Of a stretch of 36,931 nt of DNA, positions 7,391-17,241 are shown in pieces. The notes beneath the pieces were generated by a model. That model saw nothing but the letters and a program-made list of their open reading frames with translations. It did not search any database and was not told the DNA's origin. Position numbers and translations under genes: made by a program. Each line of letters opens with the position of its first letter. Within the stretch, counting starts at the first letter, position 1. Origin of the DNA: a candidate division WOR-3 bacterium (GTDB taxonomy: Bacteria; Hydrothermota; Hydrothermia; B15-G9; WFZT01); the NCBI GenBank assembly GCA_027053075.1, contig JALUEE010000072.1, positions 1-36,931 of the forward strand. Direction: 5' to 3'.

Positions 7391-9184
7391 CTATATTTCG
7401 AAAACAAATTTAACCGTGTAAATTTTTCTCATATTGCCTGAGTATTCTATAAAATTGGCAGCAGATAGCAGTTTGAATCGTTTCCACTCATAATCTACAA
7501 GGAAATTTAAGGTCTTCTTACTGCTAAAAGTGTTGGTCTGGAGGAAAGTTCGCAGCAGGATTCTCTTTAGCAATTTCATCTCACCTTTAAGTCTTGCAAT
7601 GTATTTGCTCTTTTTCCCTTTGCCATAGTAATAGTGGTCAAGTTCAATGCTGAAATTCAATAAATCTAAACTTTTTCCAAAAGATACAGCCGTGTTAAAG
7701 AATCCCTCATCTCCAATTACTCCTTTGATCAAATCCAATGAGACTACATCCCACCCCGAGCTAATCTTTGAGGTAGATATACCTGCAAATTTCAAGATTC
7801 CCTGCCAGTCCATCCACTCGTCCACTACAAAAAAGCTTGAACGCCATCCATTCCGAAAATTGACATCCACGGAAAAAGTATTCTTGTTGTATCTCTTATT
7901 GGCAAAATTCCAGTCAAACCAGTTGTGCGTAACCGCAGAAACCTGAGCACTCGATATTCCATGAAAATTTAAGTTCCATTTATACCATAGAGAAATCATG
8001 GACTTATGGATAAAATTGAGAAATAAAAGTTGTGTCTCAGGTGCGTAAAGACTATCTCTTCCAGATAAAGTCAAAACAGCATTAAATCCCTGAACATTCC
8101 TGTATCTCCCAAATCCAAAATCGTACGAAAAGCCCGTTTTTTCTCCCCTCCTGTAAAGATCAATTTCCGCATTAACACTCGTGTTTTGCACTGCATTTAC
8201 AAGCGTTCCGAAAGAAAAGTGGTAACTCCTCTTCCTGGTGGAATCATAAATCATAGAAGAAACCGAGGCAGATACACCTGTTAACCGATAATTCAGATAA
8301 TTGTAAAAGTAATTGATTCCAGCCGAATCCCTTACAATAAAACTCAAAAAAGAAGGATTTGCTGACCTTCTTACAACCTTAATCCCCCACAAAGGCTTGC
8401 TGATCGATCTCGTGTAAAAATTCATATAGTCAATATCATCTTTGAAAAAATCCCTCTTTTCAGGAAGGTAAATTGGCTTGCCTTCAAGATCAATCATTTC
8501 AGGGTCACTTTCCAATTCGCTGTAATCGGGATTCAACGTTACACCTAATTTTAGCTTTGCACCTCTTGATATAGTTAAATCTGCCCCCAGAGAGGTTAAA
8601 ACTTTCTCATTTTCCTGATATTTCAATGCGAAATATGGCTTCAGTGACCATATCCAGGCAGTCTCCATCTTCTTAAAATGAATGACCCTGAAATTTTTAT
8701 AACAGTAAAGTGGATTTTTACACACTGAGAGCACGAGGTCGCGGTTACCTTTCACCTCATGAATAATTACCTGAACCCTGAATTTTCTCAAAAACCAGTT
8801 ATAAATCTTTACCTTAAAAATCCACATCGAATCTTTGAAATTTGAAATAACATCCCAGTTACCATCCCATTGCGGAGAGGTGTAAAAACTGTTTATATAG
8901 ACGATTTCGTCCCTTTTAGTACCCGCAGGATTAAAAATGAATGAGTATGAATTTGAACCATCAGACACAATAAGTCTTACATAATCGTCGTTGAAAATTC
9001 TTGGGGAATCATAAGTTTTCACGGAAGAATGGGAAAAATCTCCTCTTATTCTGCCAGTAAAAATCAGGGTATCTCCCTGAAGTTCGAAACCAACAGTCCC
9101 TATGTTTACCACCTGTTGAGTTTTAACGTTGTAAAAACTCCTGAAAGTGACCATTGATATGAGTATTAAAATCAAGCTGTTCAT
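7391..9184 (-). CDS. Outer-membrane protein, DUF5916-like, with an N-terminal CBM9-like region
   Basis: DD.V...F.FNPAG...D...WDG.W segment; TLNPDYSELESD...EKRDFF motif; beta-barrel-like C-terminus ending VKFVFEI. Confidence 0.7.
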   Translation of the reverse strand: MNSLILILISMVTFRSFYNVKTQQVVNIGTVGFELQGDTLIFTGRIRGDFSHSSVKTYDSPRIFNDDYVRLIVSDGSNSYSFIFNPAGTKRDEIVYINSFYTSPQWDGNWDVISNFKDSMWIFKVKIYNWFLRKFRVQVIIHEVKGNRDLVLSVCKNPLYCYKNFRVIHFKKMETAWIWSLKPYFALKYQENEKVLTSLGADLTISRGAKLKLGVTLNPDYSELESDPEMIDLEGKPIYLPEKRDFFKDDIDYMNFYTRSISKPLWGIKVVRRSANPSFLSFIVRDSAGINYFYNYLNYRLTGVSASVSSMIYDSTRKRSYHFSFGTLVNAVQNTSVNAEIDLYRRGEKTGFSYDFGFGRYRNVQGFNAVLTLSGRDSLYAPETQLLFLNFIHKSMISLWYKWNLNFHGISSAQVSAVTHNWFDWNFANKRYNKNTFSVDVNFRNGWRSSFFVVDEWMDWQGILKFAGISTSKISSGWDVVSLDLIKGVIGDEGFFNTAVSFGKSLDLLNFSIELDHYYYGKGKKSKYIARLKGEMKLLKRILLRTFLQTNTFSSKKTLNFLVDYEWKRFKLLSAANFIEYSGNMRKIYTVKFVFEI

Positions 9185-9921
9185 AAGTGCCCAATGGTTC
9201 CTGCCTTTCTGGCATAGCTGTAAGAAAGGTCAAAGAACAGTGCTCCAATTACTATCATAACAATTGCGGACAGTAAAAGAATTCCAATGTCACCAGATGA
9301 AATGTGCTTGCCTGAGTGTATTTTTACCATTGTCTCGATCCCATAAGTGTAAGTTAGAAATTTAATCCACAAGCTTTTATTTACACCGGCTGCATAGGCT
9401 CCAATCCCAAATAGAAGCAAATTGACAACCTGCACGAGACTCATTGTTCTTTTGAATATCAAAAACAGGCCCGCGAATAAGTAACTCAAGCCCATCATGA
9501 AAAGGAAAATAATGCCAAAAACTCCGATGGTTTCGATGTAATGGAAACTTTTGATTATTCCCGCGAGATACCCGACTAAATAAAAGAATGTCAAATATAT
9601 GAATGCCATGATTGTTGAAAGAGATGTTATTGATAGAATGAGCCATTTCACAGGATAATGGGAAGAAAATATTCTCTCGATTACACCTATCGTTGTCATA
9701 TAATCCATTTTTAGCCCTACTCTATTGGCCGTATAATGGAAAAATGTCCATGCGATATAGGCAAGATAAAAATTACTCCCTTTCAGCCCAATTGCGTTTA
9801 GACCGAGGACGATGGAAGCACCCCATATAAAACTTACAAGTATTTCGAGGATTGAGTTGAGTTTGTAACTCCACATTTCCAGAAGATTCATCTTTATCGA
9901 AATCCAGATGAGATTAAGCAT
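9181..9921 (-). CDS. ABC-2 type transporter permease
   Basis: About 6 TM helices; GVIERIF motif; C-terminal ARKAGTIGHL. Confidence 0.85.
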   Translation of the reverse strand: MLNLIWISIKMNLLEMWSYKLNSILEILVSFIWGASIVLGLNAIGLKGSNFYLAYIAWTFFHYTANRVGLKMDYMTTIGVIERIFSSHYPVKWLILSITSLSTIMAFIYLTFFYLVGYLAGIIKSFHYIETIGVFGIIFLFMMGLSYLFAGLFLIFKRTMSLVQVVNLLLFGIGAYAAGVNKSLWIKFLTYTYGIETMVKIHSGKHISSGDIGILLLSAIVMIVIGALFFDLSYSYARKAGTIGHL

Positions 9922-10795
9922 TCAATATCTCCAGAAAAATTTTCTCAAGGTCTTTTTCATATACCTTGATCTCAAGAATTTCAGCTCCCAAAGAAGATAA
10001 TTTACTCAAGTGACCACTGAGCTCTTTCGCGTCAGATGTTGTGATTTCAAAGGTATTGTCTCCGATCTCTTTTGCTCCCTGAAATCTGATACCTCTGAAT
10101 TTAACCACGAATGTAGTACCCGAGAATCTTTCGAAAATTTCTTTCATAGATGTTTCGAGAATGACTTTGCCTTTATTTAAAAAGACAGTTTTATCTGCAA
10201 CTTCGCGGGCAACTAACATCTCATGCGTTGTCAATAAAATTGCCCTTCCCTCTTCCGCTATGTGCTTGATTAATTTTCTTATTTCTATACTGGAAATTAC
10301 ATCAACACCAACAGTGGGCTCGTCGAGAATGATATTTTCCGTCTCAGGCAAGAATGAAATGAGAAGGGATAACTTCTGCTTCATACCTTTAGAAAACATC
10401 CTCACTTCGCGGTCGAGGACATCCAGAATGCCGAATTTCTTTGCAAGTTCTTTTGCTCTCGATTTATTAAGTTTTACACCCTGAAGGGATAGAAAGTATT
10501 CAATATTTTGCCACCCAGTAAGTCGGTAAAATAAGTTCCTGTCTCCCTCAAGCACTACACTGAGATGCTTTAAGGCTTTGCTTCTATTTCTTACAACAGA
10601 AAAACCGTTTAAGGTTACATCTCCTCCATCTGGCAAAATCAATCCGCAGATGATCTTTATCAGAGTTGTTTTCCCTGCCCCATTTGGGCCGAGCAGTACC
10701 GTTACTTTTCCATCTGGTATGGTAAAACTTACATTATCGAGCGCCGTTACTCCGGTTTTCTTGTATATTTTGGTTAAATCTCTAACCTCAATCAT
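9914..10795 (-). CDS. ABC transporter ATP-binding protein
   Basis: Walker A GPNGAGKT, signature FSKGMKQ, Walker B ILDEPT, H-loop TTH. Confidence 0.95.
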   Translation of the reverse strand: MIEVRDLTKIYKKTGVTALDNVSFTIPDGKVTVLLGPNGAGKTTLIKIICGLILPDGGDVTLNGFSVVRNRSKALKHLSVVLEGDRNLFYRLTGWQNIEYFLSLQGVKLNKSRAKELAKKFGILDVLDREVRMFSKGMKQKLSLLISFLPETENIILDEPTVGVDVISSIEIRKLIKHIAEEGRAILLTTHEMLVAREVADKTVFLNKGKVILETSMKEIFERFSGTTFVVKFRGIRFQGAKEIGDNTFEITTSDAKELSGHLSKLSSLGAEILEIKVYEKDLEKIFLEILNA

Positions 10796-11538
10796 TAATA
10801 ATGCCCCAATGTGCCCTCTTTTCTTGCTCTATTGTAGCAAAAATTTAAGATTAACACCCCTATGAAAAAGTAAATTGTGGATATGGCAAATAGCTTAACC
10901 TGGGTTAAAAGCAAATCAGTGGTCTTACCGTATTCAAACGTGTTAAAAAGTATCCTTGCTGCGTAGGTGTAGGGGACAAAGTTAATAATTTTCTCAATAT
11001 AATGAGGGAAATGGCCTATTGAAAATATGCCGGCCCCAACGAGCACACTGTTTACAAGTTCAACTACAATTCCTGCTCTTTTCATAAGGAAGAAGAGCCC
11101 AACAAAAACAAGTGCCAGCCCCACAAAGAAGGGGGATAAGCTTACAAATGTGATAAGGAGATAAGAAAAGTATTTAATCCCGGGAGACACTTTCAGAAAA
11201 TAAAACACGAGGTACAGATAAAATATGTCTATAAATCCCTGAGGAAGCGCGGAAATTATGTAGATTAACGATATTGATAGAGGGGACCTGCTAACAGAAA
11301 ATATGCGCTCAAGTGTTCCCTGCTCTGCAAAACTCATAAAGCTCCAGCCGACAGAGTTGGCTGTAGATTGATAGAACGACCAGAGAAGATATGCGAGCAC
11401 CAGAGGAATGGTATTGTGAGTTAAACTTCCAATACCTTTCACAAAACCATACCCCATTACTCCGATGAGCACGTACATCATTATGGCATTAAATTTGTAT
11501 CTGTATATGTAAGCAAATTCGTAAAATACGACTTTCAT
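10795..11538 (-). CDS. ABC-2 type transporter permease
   Basis: About 6 TM helices; GTLERIF motif; C-terminal ARKEGTLGHY; paralog of 9181..9921. Confidence 0.85.
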   Translation of the reverse strand: MKVVFYEFAYIYRYKFNAIMMYVLIGVMGYGFVKGIGSLTHNTIPLVLAYLLWSFYQSTANSVGWSFMSFAEQGTLERIFSVSRSPLSISLIYIISALPQGFIDIFYLYLVFYFLKVSPGIKYFSYLLITFVSLSPFFVGLALVFVGLFFLMKRAGIVVELVNSVLVGAGIFSIGHFPHYIEKIINFVPYTYAARILFNTFEYGKTTDLLLTQVKLFAISTIYFFIGVLILNFCYNRARKEGTLGHY

Positions 11539-11727
11539 TTTGATAAAGATTATAAATTATGGGAATATGAGGGGCAACTTTCGTTCTCCCTACTCGGGGG
11601 GTTATCAATGCGAATTATCCTTTATTTTCCCATTCGATCAGACTTTCTGATGAAATTACCGAATTTAGCACATGGGCTAAAAATCTCCAATATACCTCTC
11701 TGTGGGAAATTTTTGTGAATGAGAATT

Positions 11728-12190
11728 TTAAGATGTATCCCCTCACCCCAACCCTCTCCCGCAAAGCGGGAGAGGGAGATTTATGGATTTCAGTTGCGGC
11801 CCCTCATCACAACTGTCTCCCTGCAAGTATTTAAGCGGGGAGAGGACGTAATTTAATATGCCATCTCGATTATTGGATCTAAAAGTTGAGTCTTGAGGCT
11901 AAGTGAATTGTCACAAAATTACCTTTAAAGCTGGCCACAATATTAAAAAATTTCCTTACACAAGCTTGTGCCCCAAAACTTCAACAAATTCCTCCCTCCC
12001 CCACGCTTCGCGTGGGGGAGGGATTCAAGGGAGGGGCATTCCGCTTAAAAACAAAAAATTTAAGATGTTGGCTCTCACCCCAACCCTCTCCCACGAAGTG
12101 GGAGAGCGAGATTCGAGGATTTTTTTCTTGGAATAATAATATGTTACCTCGCTCCTTGATTTCCCCAAGTATATAAGCGAGGGGAGGAAT
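11728..12190. repeat. Cluster of REP-like palindromic elements (~11728-11790, 11799-11846, 11990-12040 reversed, 12060-12125, degenerate 12148-12188)
   Basis: Consensus TTAAGATG..CCCTCACCCCAACCCTCTCCC-N-GGGAGAGGGAGATTT. Confidence 0.85.
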
Positions 12191-12274
12191 TTTGGGAAAA
12201 GTAAGTGCGTCCCCGACCGGCTCTATGGCAAGCAAAAACAATATAGATACGTGTGCAAATTCCAGCCCCAAGCC

Positions 12275-13234
12275 TTACCTCACCACCCCGATCTCCTGTA
12301 AATCTGGAAGAATGGTGCGGGCTTTGTCTGGTGAGTCAGTTATCACTACAAACCCCACTCCCATGTTGAAAACGCGTCTCATCTCCTCAACAGGGATATC
12401 CCCTTTTTCCATCAGAAATTCAAATATCCAGGGTGTTTTGATTTGATCCCAGTAAATTTCAACATGCCTCCCCTCTGGTAGGGCTCGCTCTGTATTTTCT
12501 ACCAATCCTCCACCTGTAACATGAGCCATGCCCTTTATCCCGACCTCATCAAGCAACTTAAGGATGTCTTTCACGTAGATTCTTGTGGGTTTTAAAAGTT
12601 CAATGTAAAGTGGTTGGCCGGTCCCATAATCCATGAAAATATCAATTTCCTTGTCTTTCAAAACCTTTCTCACGAGGCTGAAACCGTTGGAATGTATGCC
12701 ATTAGATGGCAAGCCGAGAACCACATCTCCGGGCTTAATATCCTCTTTGCGCGGTATCCTATTTTTATCAACAATCCCCACAACAAACCCGGCCACGTCA
12801 AAGATTTCCTCGTCTATCATCCCCGGCAGCTCCGCTGTTTCGCCACCCAAAAGTATACCACCGGATTGCTTCAGTCCTTCATTAATGCCTTTGATAATAC
12901 TCTCAAACTTTACCTCGTCTATCCTGCCCGTGGCATAGTAATCGAGAAAAAATAATGGTCGTGCCCCAACAGTTAAAATGTCATTAACGCACATTGCTAC
13001 AAGGTCAATTCCAATTGGCTCAAGGTAGTTTGCCTCAAGTGCAAGCATGATTTTTGTTCCAACACCATCTGTGGAGCTTACGAGCACAGGTTTTTCGTAA
13101 TATTTTAATACCTCTCCAAGTTCAAAAAGCCCCCCAAATCCTCCTATCTCATCTCCCTTGAGTGATAAATTTTTAACAATCTCGACAACCTTCTGGGCTT
13201 TATTCAAATTGACACCAGCATCTTTGTAAAGCAT
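12275..13234 (-). CDS. purM: Phosphoribosylformylglycinamidine cyclo-ligase (AIR synthetase)
   Basis: Y..AGV, TDGVGTK, DLVAMCVND, GGETAE.PG, HSNGFSL, FNMG motifs. Start reassigned to MLYKDAGV. Confidence 0.97.
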   Translation of the reverse strand: MLYKDAGVNLNKAQKVVEIVKNLSLKGDEIGGFGGLFELGEVLKYYEKPVLVSSTDGVGTKIMLALEANYLEPIGIDLVAMCVNDILTVGARPLFFLDYYATGRIDEVKFESIIKGINEGLKQSGGILLGGETAELPGMIDEEIFDVAGFVVGIVDKNRIPRKEDIKPGDVVLGLPSNGIHSNGFSLVRKVLKDKEIDIFMDYGTGQPLYIELLKPTRIYVKDILKLLDEVGIKGMAHVTGGGLVENTERALPEGRHVEIYWDQIKTPWIFEFLMEKGDIPVEEMRRVFNMGVGFVVITDSPDKARTILPDLQEIGVVR

Positions 13235-13244
13235 GGGAAAATTA

Positions 13245-13446
13245 TATGGTCTTGAGTGGAACCTTTTGTACATATTCTGGGTGGATAAAGCGATTTTTAG
13301 TCACCAAAATGTCGTTGACCACCCATTCCACCCAGACTCTACCTTCCCTGAGGAAAGTGAGGGTGAAAAATCCTGAATCACTCGCTTTTGGACATGGAAT
13401 CCTTTCGTCACAGAGATTCTAATGGTAGCTGATATTGTTGACCATA
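13245..13446 (+). mobile_element. MITE-like element, homologous to the blocks ending at 5390 and 5885
   Basis: Ends TATGGTC...GACCATA. TATGGTCTTGAGTGGAACCTTTTGTAC matches TATGGTCACGAGCGGAACTTTTTATAC (minus strand from 5885), and TTGACCACCCATTCCACCCAG matches TTGACTGCCCATTCCACCCCAG. Confidence 0.55.
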
Positions 13447-13492
13447 ATTAAGCGGTGGAGGTTACTCAAGAACTGGATTAAAATCTTTACTC

Positions 13493-14323
13493 ATGAAGAA
13501 AATCCTCTCATACCTCAAGTTTGTCCGAATTTTAAACTGCATACTCGCCGGAATCATCGTCCTTTTCTCATTTGCCTATGTCCATTACATGAATCTACGT
13601 GCCATTCTGCTTTCACTTTTGATTTTTGTTGCTGGAACAGCCTTCGCAAACATTTCCAACGACCTGAGAGACTTTAAAATTGACCTCGTGGTACATCCGG
13701 AAAGGCCCCTTGTTAGCGGTGAAATCACCCACAAAGAAGCTTTTGCCCTGCTCATCCTTCTCTCGGCACTCATTCTGATTCCTGCAGCATTCCTCGGGGA
13801 AAGGGTGTTTTTATTTGTTCTTTCGCTCTACGTTCTCACCCTCATTTACAATCTATTCTTGAAGAGGCATCACTTCTGGGGTAATCTCGCTGTGGCCCTG
13901 ATTTCATCGGCAACATTTTTTATTGCAGGTGTTATGAGTGGCAGGTATAAACCCCTCATATTCCCCTTCATCCTCTCATTTTTCTTCCAGCTGTACCGTG
14001 AAATCCTTAAAGATTTGCACGACATGGAAGGTGATAAGATAGGTGGCTATCGCACCATCCCATTGATTAAAGGTGAGAAACTTACTATAATTTTGTCACA
14101 GATTTTGCTCGGTTCTCTTATAATTCTCACCCTGCTCCCAGGTTTTTTAGGGATTTATGGAAAGCCATACCTGTGGATAACCATAGTTTTTGTGGATATC
14201 CCGCTTATCCTGGTAGGGTTGAGGATTAAAGAGGGGCTTGAGCGAAGGAAATTGAAAAAATATCTCGATTTCATCAAGATTCCGATAATGTTTGTTTTGA
14301 TAGCAATTTATCTTGGAGGATGA
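13493..14323 (+). CDS. UbiA-family prenyltransferase, DGGGP-synthase-like
   Basis: ND..D...D....P.RPL.SG and REI.KD..D.EGD...G..TIP motifs; polytopic membrane protein. Confidence 0.88.
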   Translation: MKKILSYLKFVRILNCILAGIIVLFSFAYVHYMNLRAILLSLLIFVAGTAFANISNDLRDFKIDLVVHPERPLVSGEITHKEAFALLILLSALILIPAAFLGERVFLFVLSLYVLTLIYNLFLKRHHFWGNLAVALISSATFFIAGVMSGRYKPLIFPFILSFFFQLYREILKDLHDMEGDKIGGYRTIPLIKGEKLTIILSQILLGSLIILTLLPGFLGIYGKPYLWITIVFVDIPLILVGLRIKEGLERRKLKKYLDFIKIPIMFVLIAIYLGG

Positions 14324-15033
14324 AAAAATTGGAGCCTTTGATAATCGCCCACAGGGGATTTTCAGGAAAGTATTACGAAAATACGCTAAAAGCATTTAAT
14401 GCGGCCATAGAGGCAGGTGCAGATTACATTGAATTTGATATTAACCGCACAAGGGACAACGAAGTAATCGTGGTGCATGACTATTCTATACGAGGCAAAT
14501 ACTTCAAGGATATGACTTTCAGAGAGGTCGAAGATATATCACTGGAAGATAACTGCAGAATCCCCTCTTTAATAGAGGTGATAGAATCTTTCTCTGGCAG
14601 AATCAAATTTTATATCGAAATTAAGGATCGCAAGATTGTTGACCCACTTTTAAAAACGCTATCAGATTTTCCAGACGATGATACGGTAATAGCCTCCTTT
14701 GATCATTATGCCCTGAGACAGGTTAAAGAAAAGTCCCCACGTATCAAGACTTCTGCGCTTTTCGCTGATGTGATAATTGATCCTGTGCCCACTCTTGTTG
14801 CACTGGATGCCAATTATTTTCATCCATGCTGGGAGGAGAGGAGTCCGGAGCCGTACGAGCTCATTGATGAGGAGTTCGTAGCATACCTCAATAACCTTGG
14901 TTTTGGAACCATATCCTGGGCTGAGGATAGGCCTGAAGTGATAAAAAAGTTGATGGATAAAGGATTTAATGCTATTTCCACCAACAGGCCTGACCTTGCC
15001 TTTGAAATTCGAAAGGAGAAGATCAGTCGGTGA
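14320..15033 (+). CDS. Glycerophosphodiester phosphodiesterase
   Basis: IIAHRG, ENT..AF, IEFDI, V.HD, IEIK, STN.PD motifs. Confidence 0.93.
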   Translation: MKKLEPLIIAHRGFSGKYYENTLKAFNAAIEAGADYIEFDINRTRDNEVIVVHDYSIRGKYFKDMTFREVEDISLEDNCRIPSLIEVIESFSGRIKFYIEIKDRKIVDPLLKTLSDFPDDDTVIASFDHYALRQVKEKSPRIKTSALFADVIIDPVPTLVALDANYFHPCWEERSPEPYELIDEEFVAYLNNLGFGTISWAEDRPEVIKKLMDKGFNAISTNRPDLAFEIRKEKISR

Positions 15034-16046
15034 TAAAGACAGATGAATTTGATTTTGAATTACCGTCTGAGCTTATAGCACAGTTTCCCTCACCCCGACG
15101 CTCCGAATCTCGTCTTATGGTCTTAAAACGCGAACCTTTCGAAATTCAGCACATGAAATTTCGGGATGTTGTTAAATTCTTCAATCCCGGTGATGTTCTT
15201 GTTTTGAACAAAAGCAAAGTGATCAAGGCACGAATATTTGGCAGGAGAGCCGAAACTGGTGGTAAAGTGGAGCTCCTCGTCACTGAAATTAGAGACGAGA
15301 ATTTATTCAGAGCACTTGTGAAGCCGGGGAGAAAGGCACGCGTGGGTGAAATTATTATCCTTGAAGGTGGGGCTGAGGCCAGGGTTCTCGAAAGGTTTGA
15401 AGACGGCTCCCGGCTTTTTGAGGTCAGTGGCAAAATTCTTGAAATTCTTGATAAATACGGTCACGTTCCTCTTCCTCCTTACATCCGACGGGAGGATACA
15501 CCATTGGATGAAAAGCGCTACCAGACGGTTTTTGCAGAGGTTCCTGGCTCCATTGCCGCTCCCACAGCAGGATTGCACTTTGAAGAGCCCATTCTTGAGG
15601 CATTGAGAGATAAGGGAGTTGAGATAAAATTCATCATCCTTCACGTGGGACTCGGCACATTTAAACCCATTAAAACAGAGACTGTTGAGGAGCACAGGAT
15701 GGACAGGGAGTATTTTGAAATCCCTGAGGATACCCGTGAAGCGTTGAAGGAAGCCCGGGCAAGGGGCTCAAGGATTTTTGGCTGCGGGACCACTGTTACC
15801 CGTTCACTTGAGACCTGGAAGTTCGGGAAGGGCTCCTCACAGGGCTACACGGACCTATTCATTTACCCGGGATTCAAATTTGATGTCATAGATGCCCTGA
15901 TTACCAATTTTCACCTCCCACGTTCGACACCCATTCTCCTTGTCTCAGCCTTTGCCGGATGGGATAAGATAAAAAAGGCCTACGAGGAGGCAATCAGGCT
16001 GAGATACAGGTTCTTCAGCTATGGGGATGCCATGCTTATAATTTAG
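15030..16046 (+). CDS. queA: S-adenosylmethionine:tRNA ribosyltransferase-isomerase
   Basis: FDF.LP.ELIAQ, PLPPYI, AAPTAGLHF, LHVGLGTF, TNFHLP, YRFFSYGDAM. GTG start. Confidence 0.97.
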   Translation: MIKTDEFDFELPSELIAQFPSPRRSESRLMVLKREPFEIQHMKFRDVVKFFNPGDVLVLNKSKVIKARIFGRRAETGGKVELLVTEIRDENLFRALVKPGRKARVGEIIILEGGAEARVLERFEDGSRLFEVSGKILEILDKYGHVPLPPYIRREDTPLDEKRYQTVFAEVPGSIAAPTAGLHFEEPILEALRDKGVEIKFIILHVGLGTFKPIKTETVEEHRMDREYFEIPEDTREALKEARARGSRIFGCGTTVTRSLETWKFGKGSSQGYTDLFIYPGFKFDVIDALITNFHLPRSTPILLVSAFAGWDKIKKAYEEAIRLRYRFFSYGDAMLII

Positions 16047-16068
16047 CCCAAAAGAGGAGGTCCGTTTT

Positions 16069-17241
16069 ATGAAAGTTTCCATGGTAATTCCCACCTATTG
16101 GGGACGTCCTAAGAATGTTGGACGTCTTCCCGGTGATGCAATTTTTGATCACCCTACACCTCTGGATGAAGATGGCACGCTCGGTCGCACCCTTCGGAGC
16201 CTCGAGATTTTAAAGAATAAGGATTTTGATCTTCATATAATCGTGGTCCCCACGTCCCGTGAAATTTACAGTGAGGCTTATGAAAGGGTAAAAAGGATTG
16301 TGCAGGAAAATACACCCTCTGGCATTGAAACTCATCTTTTCGGCCTCGATGATGTGGAGAATCTGAAGGCAAAATTTCCGGGATTTGATGAAATTCTAAA
16401 GCTTCAGGGCTACTCCGATGTCAGAAATATGTGCGTAATCTCACCTCACCTGAGAGGTGCTGAGGTCATTATTTTTATTGATGACGACGAAGTCTTTGAA
16501 GACCCGGAATTTGTGGATAAGGCCCTGGAATTTATCGGGGAGGAGAGAAGCGGCAGCGAGATATGGGCAAAGGCAGGCTATTACCTTCAACCAGACGGTG
16601 ATTATATGCTTAAAAAAGACTTCCGCCCCTGGATGAAATACTGGAATCAGTATGAGGCAATGAACGAAGCGTTCAGGAACTACATCGGCTCCCCTGGCAG
16701 GCTCAAGGTTACACCTTTTGTTTTTGGAGGCAACATGGTGCTCCACAAAGAAGTTTTCACAAAAATCCCATTTGACCCACAGGTTCCTCGTGGTGAAGAT
16801 ATAGATTACCTCATAAACGCACGCTTTTTCGGATACAAATTCTTCATTGACACCAAGCTTTCCATCAAGCATCTACCGCCGCCCAAGCCCCATCCTATCT
16901 GGCTTCAGCTCAGGGTGGACTTCGAAAGATTTACCATTGAAAGGGAAAAGCTAAATCGGCAGGAGAAAATCTGGGGTATTTTCGAGGTAAAGCCCAAGGA
17001 GCTTGATCCCTATCCCGGTGTATTCCTCAAGGATGACCTTGAAGAGAAGATGTTTAGAGCCTCAGAGATTCTCGCCCTCGAGTATCTTGCAGACGGCAGA
17101 GGTGAGGATGCGAAGGAATGCCTTGAGAATATGAAAATTGCCCACGAGAAGAGTTTCTTGAAGGGTAATCCCTTTGAAAACATGATCGAGCTCCAGCGAA
17201 AATGGGTGGAGCTCATGGATTTGATCGAGCAGAACCGCTAA
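16069..17241 (+). CDS. Putative GT-A fold (GT2-like) glycosyltransferase
   Basis: N-terminal VIPTY, GY...RN, IFIDDDE (DxD) and RGEDID; SD GAGGAGG. Confidence 0.65.
   Translation: MKVSMVIPTYWGRPKNVGRLPGDAIFDHPTPLDEDGTLGRTLRSLEILKNKDFDLHIIVVPTSREIYSEAYERVKRIVQENTPSGIETHLFGLDDVENLKAKFPGFDEILKLQGYSDVRNMCVISPHLRGAEVIIFIDDDEVFEDPEFVDKALEFIGEERSGSEIWAKAGYYLQPDGDYMLKKDFRPWMKYWNQYEAMNEAFRNYIGSPGRLKVTPFVFGGNMVLHKEVFTKIPFDPQVPRGEDIDYLINARFFGYKFFIDTKLSIKHLPPPKPHPIWLQLRVDFERFTIEREKLNRQEKIWGIFEVKPKELDPYPGVFLKDDLEEKMFRASEILALEYLADGRGEDAKECLENMKIAHEKSFLKGNPFENMIELQRKWVELMDLIEQNR

Noticed and set aside
7091..12270. tRNA-anchored integrative island
   Set aside because: No integrase and no duplicated tRNA 3' end found.
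11903..12271. ORFs of 77 and 96 aa, and similarly those at 21908-22289
   Set aside because: Translations of REP-like palindromes (LTPTLSHEVGER-type peptides).
13235..13492. Purine, ZTP or PRPP riboswitch upstream of purM
   Set aside because: No matching consensus seen; purM looks leaderless and the region matches a dispersed repeat.
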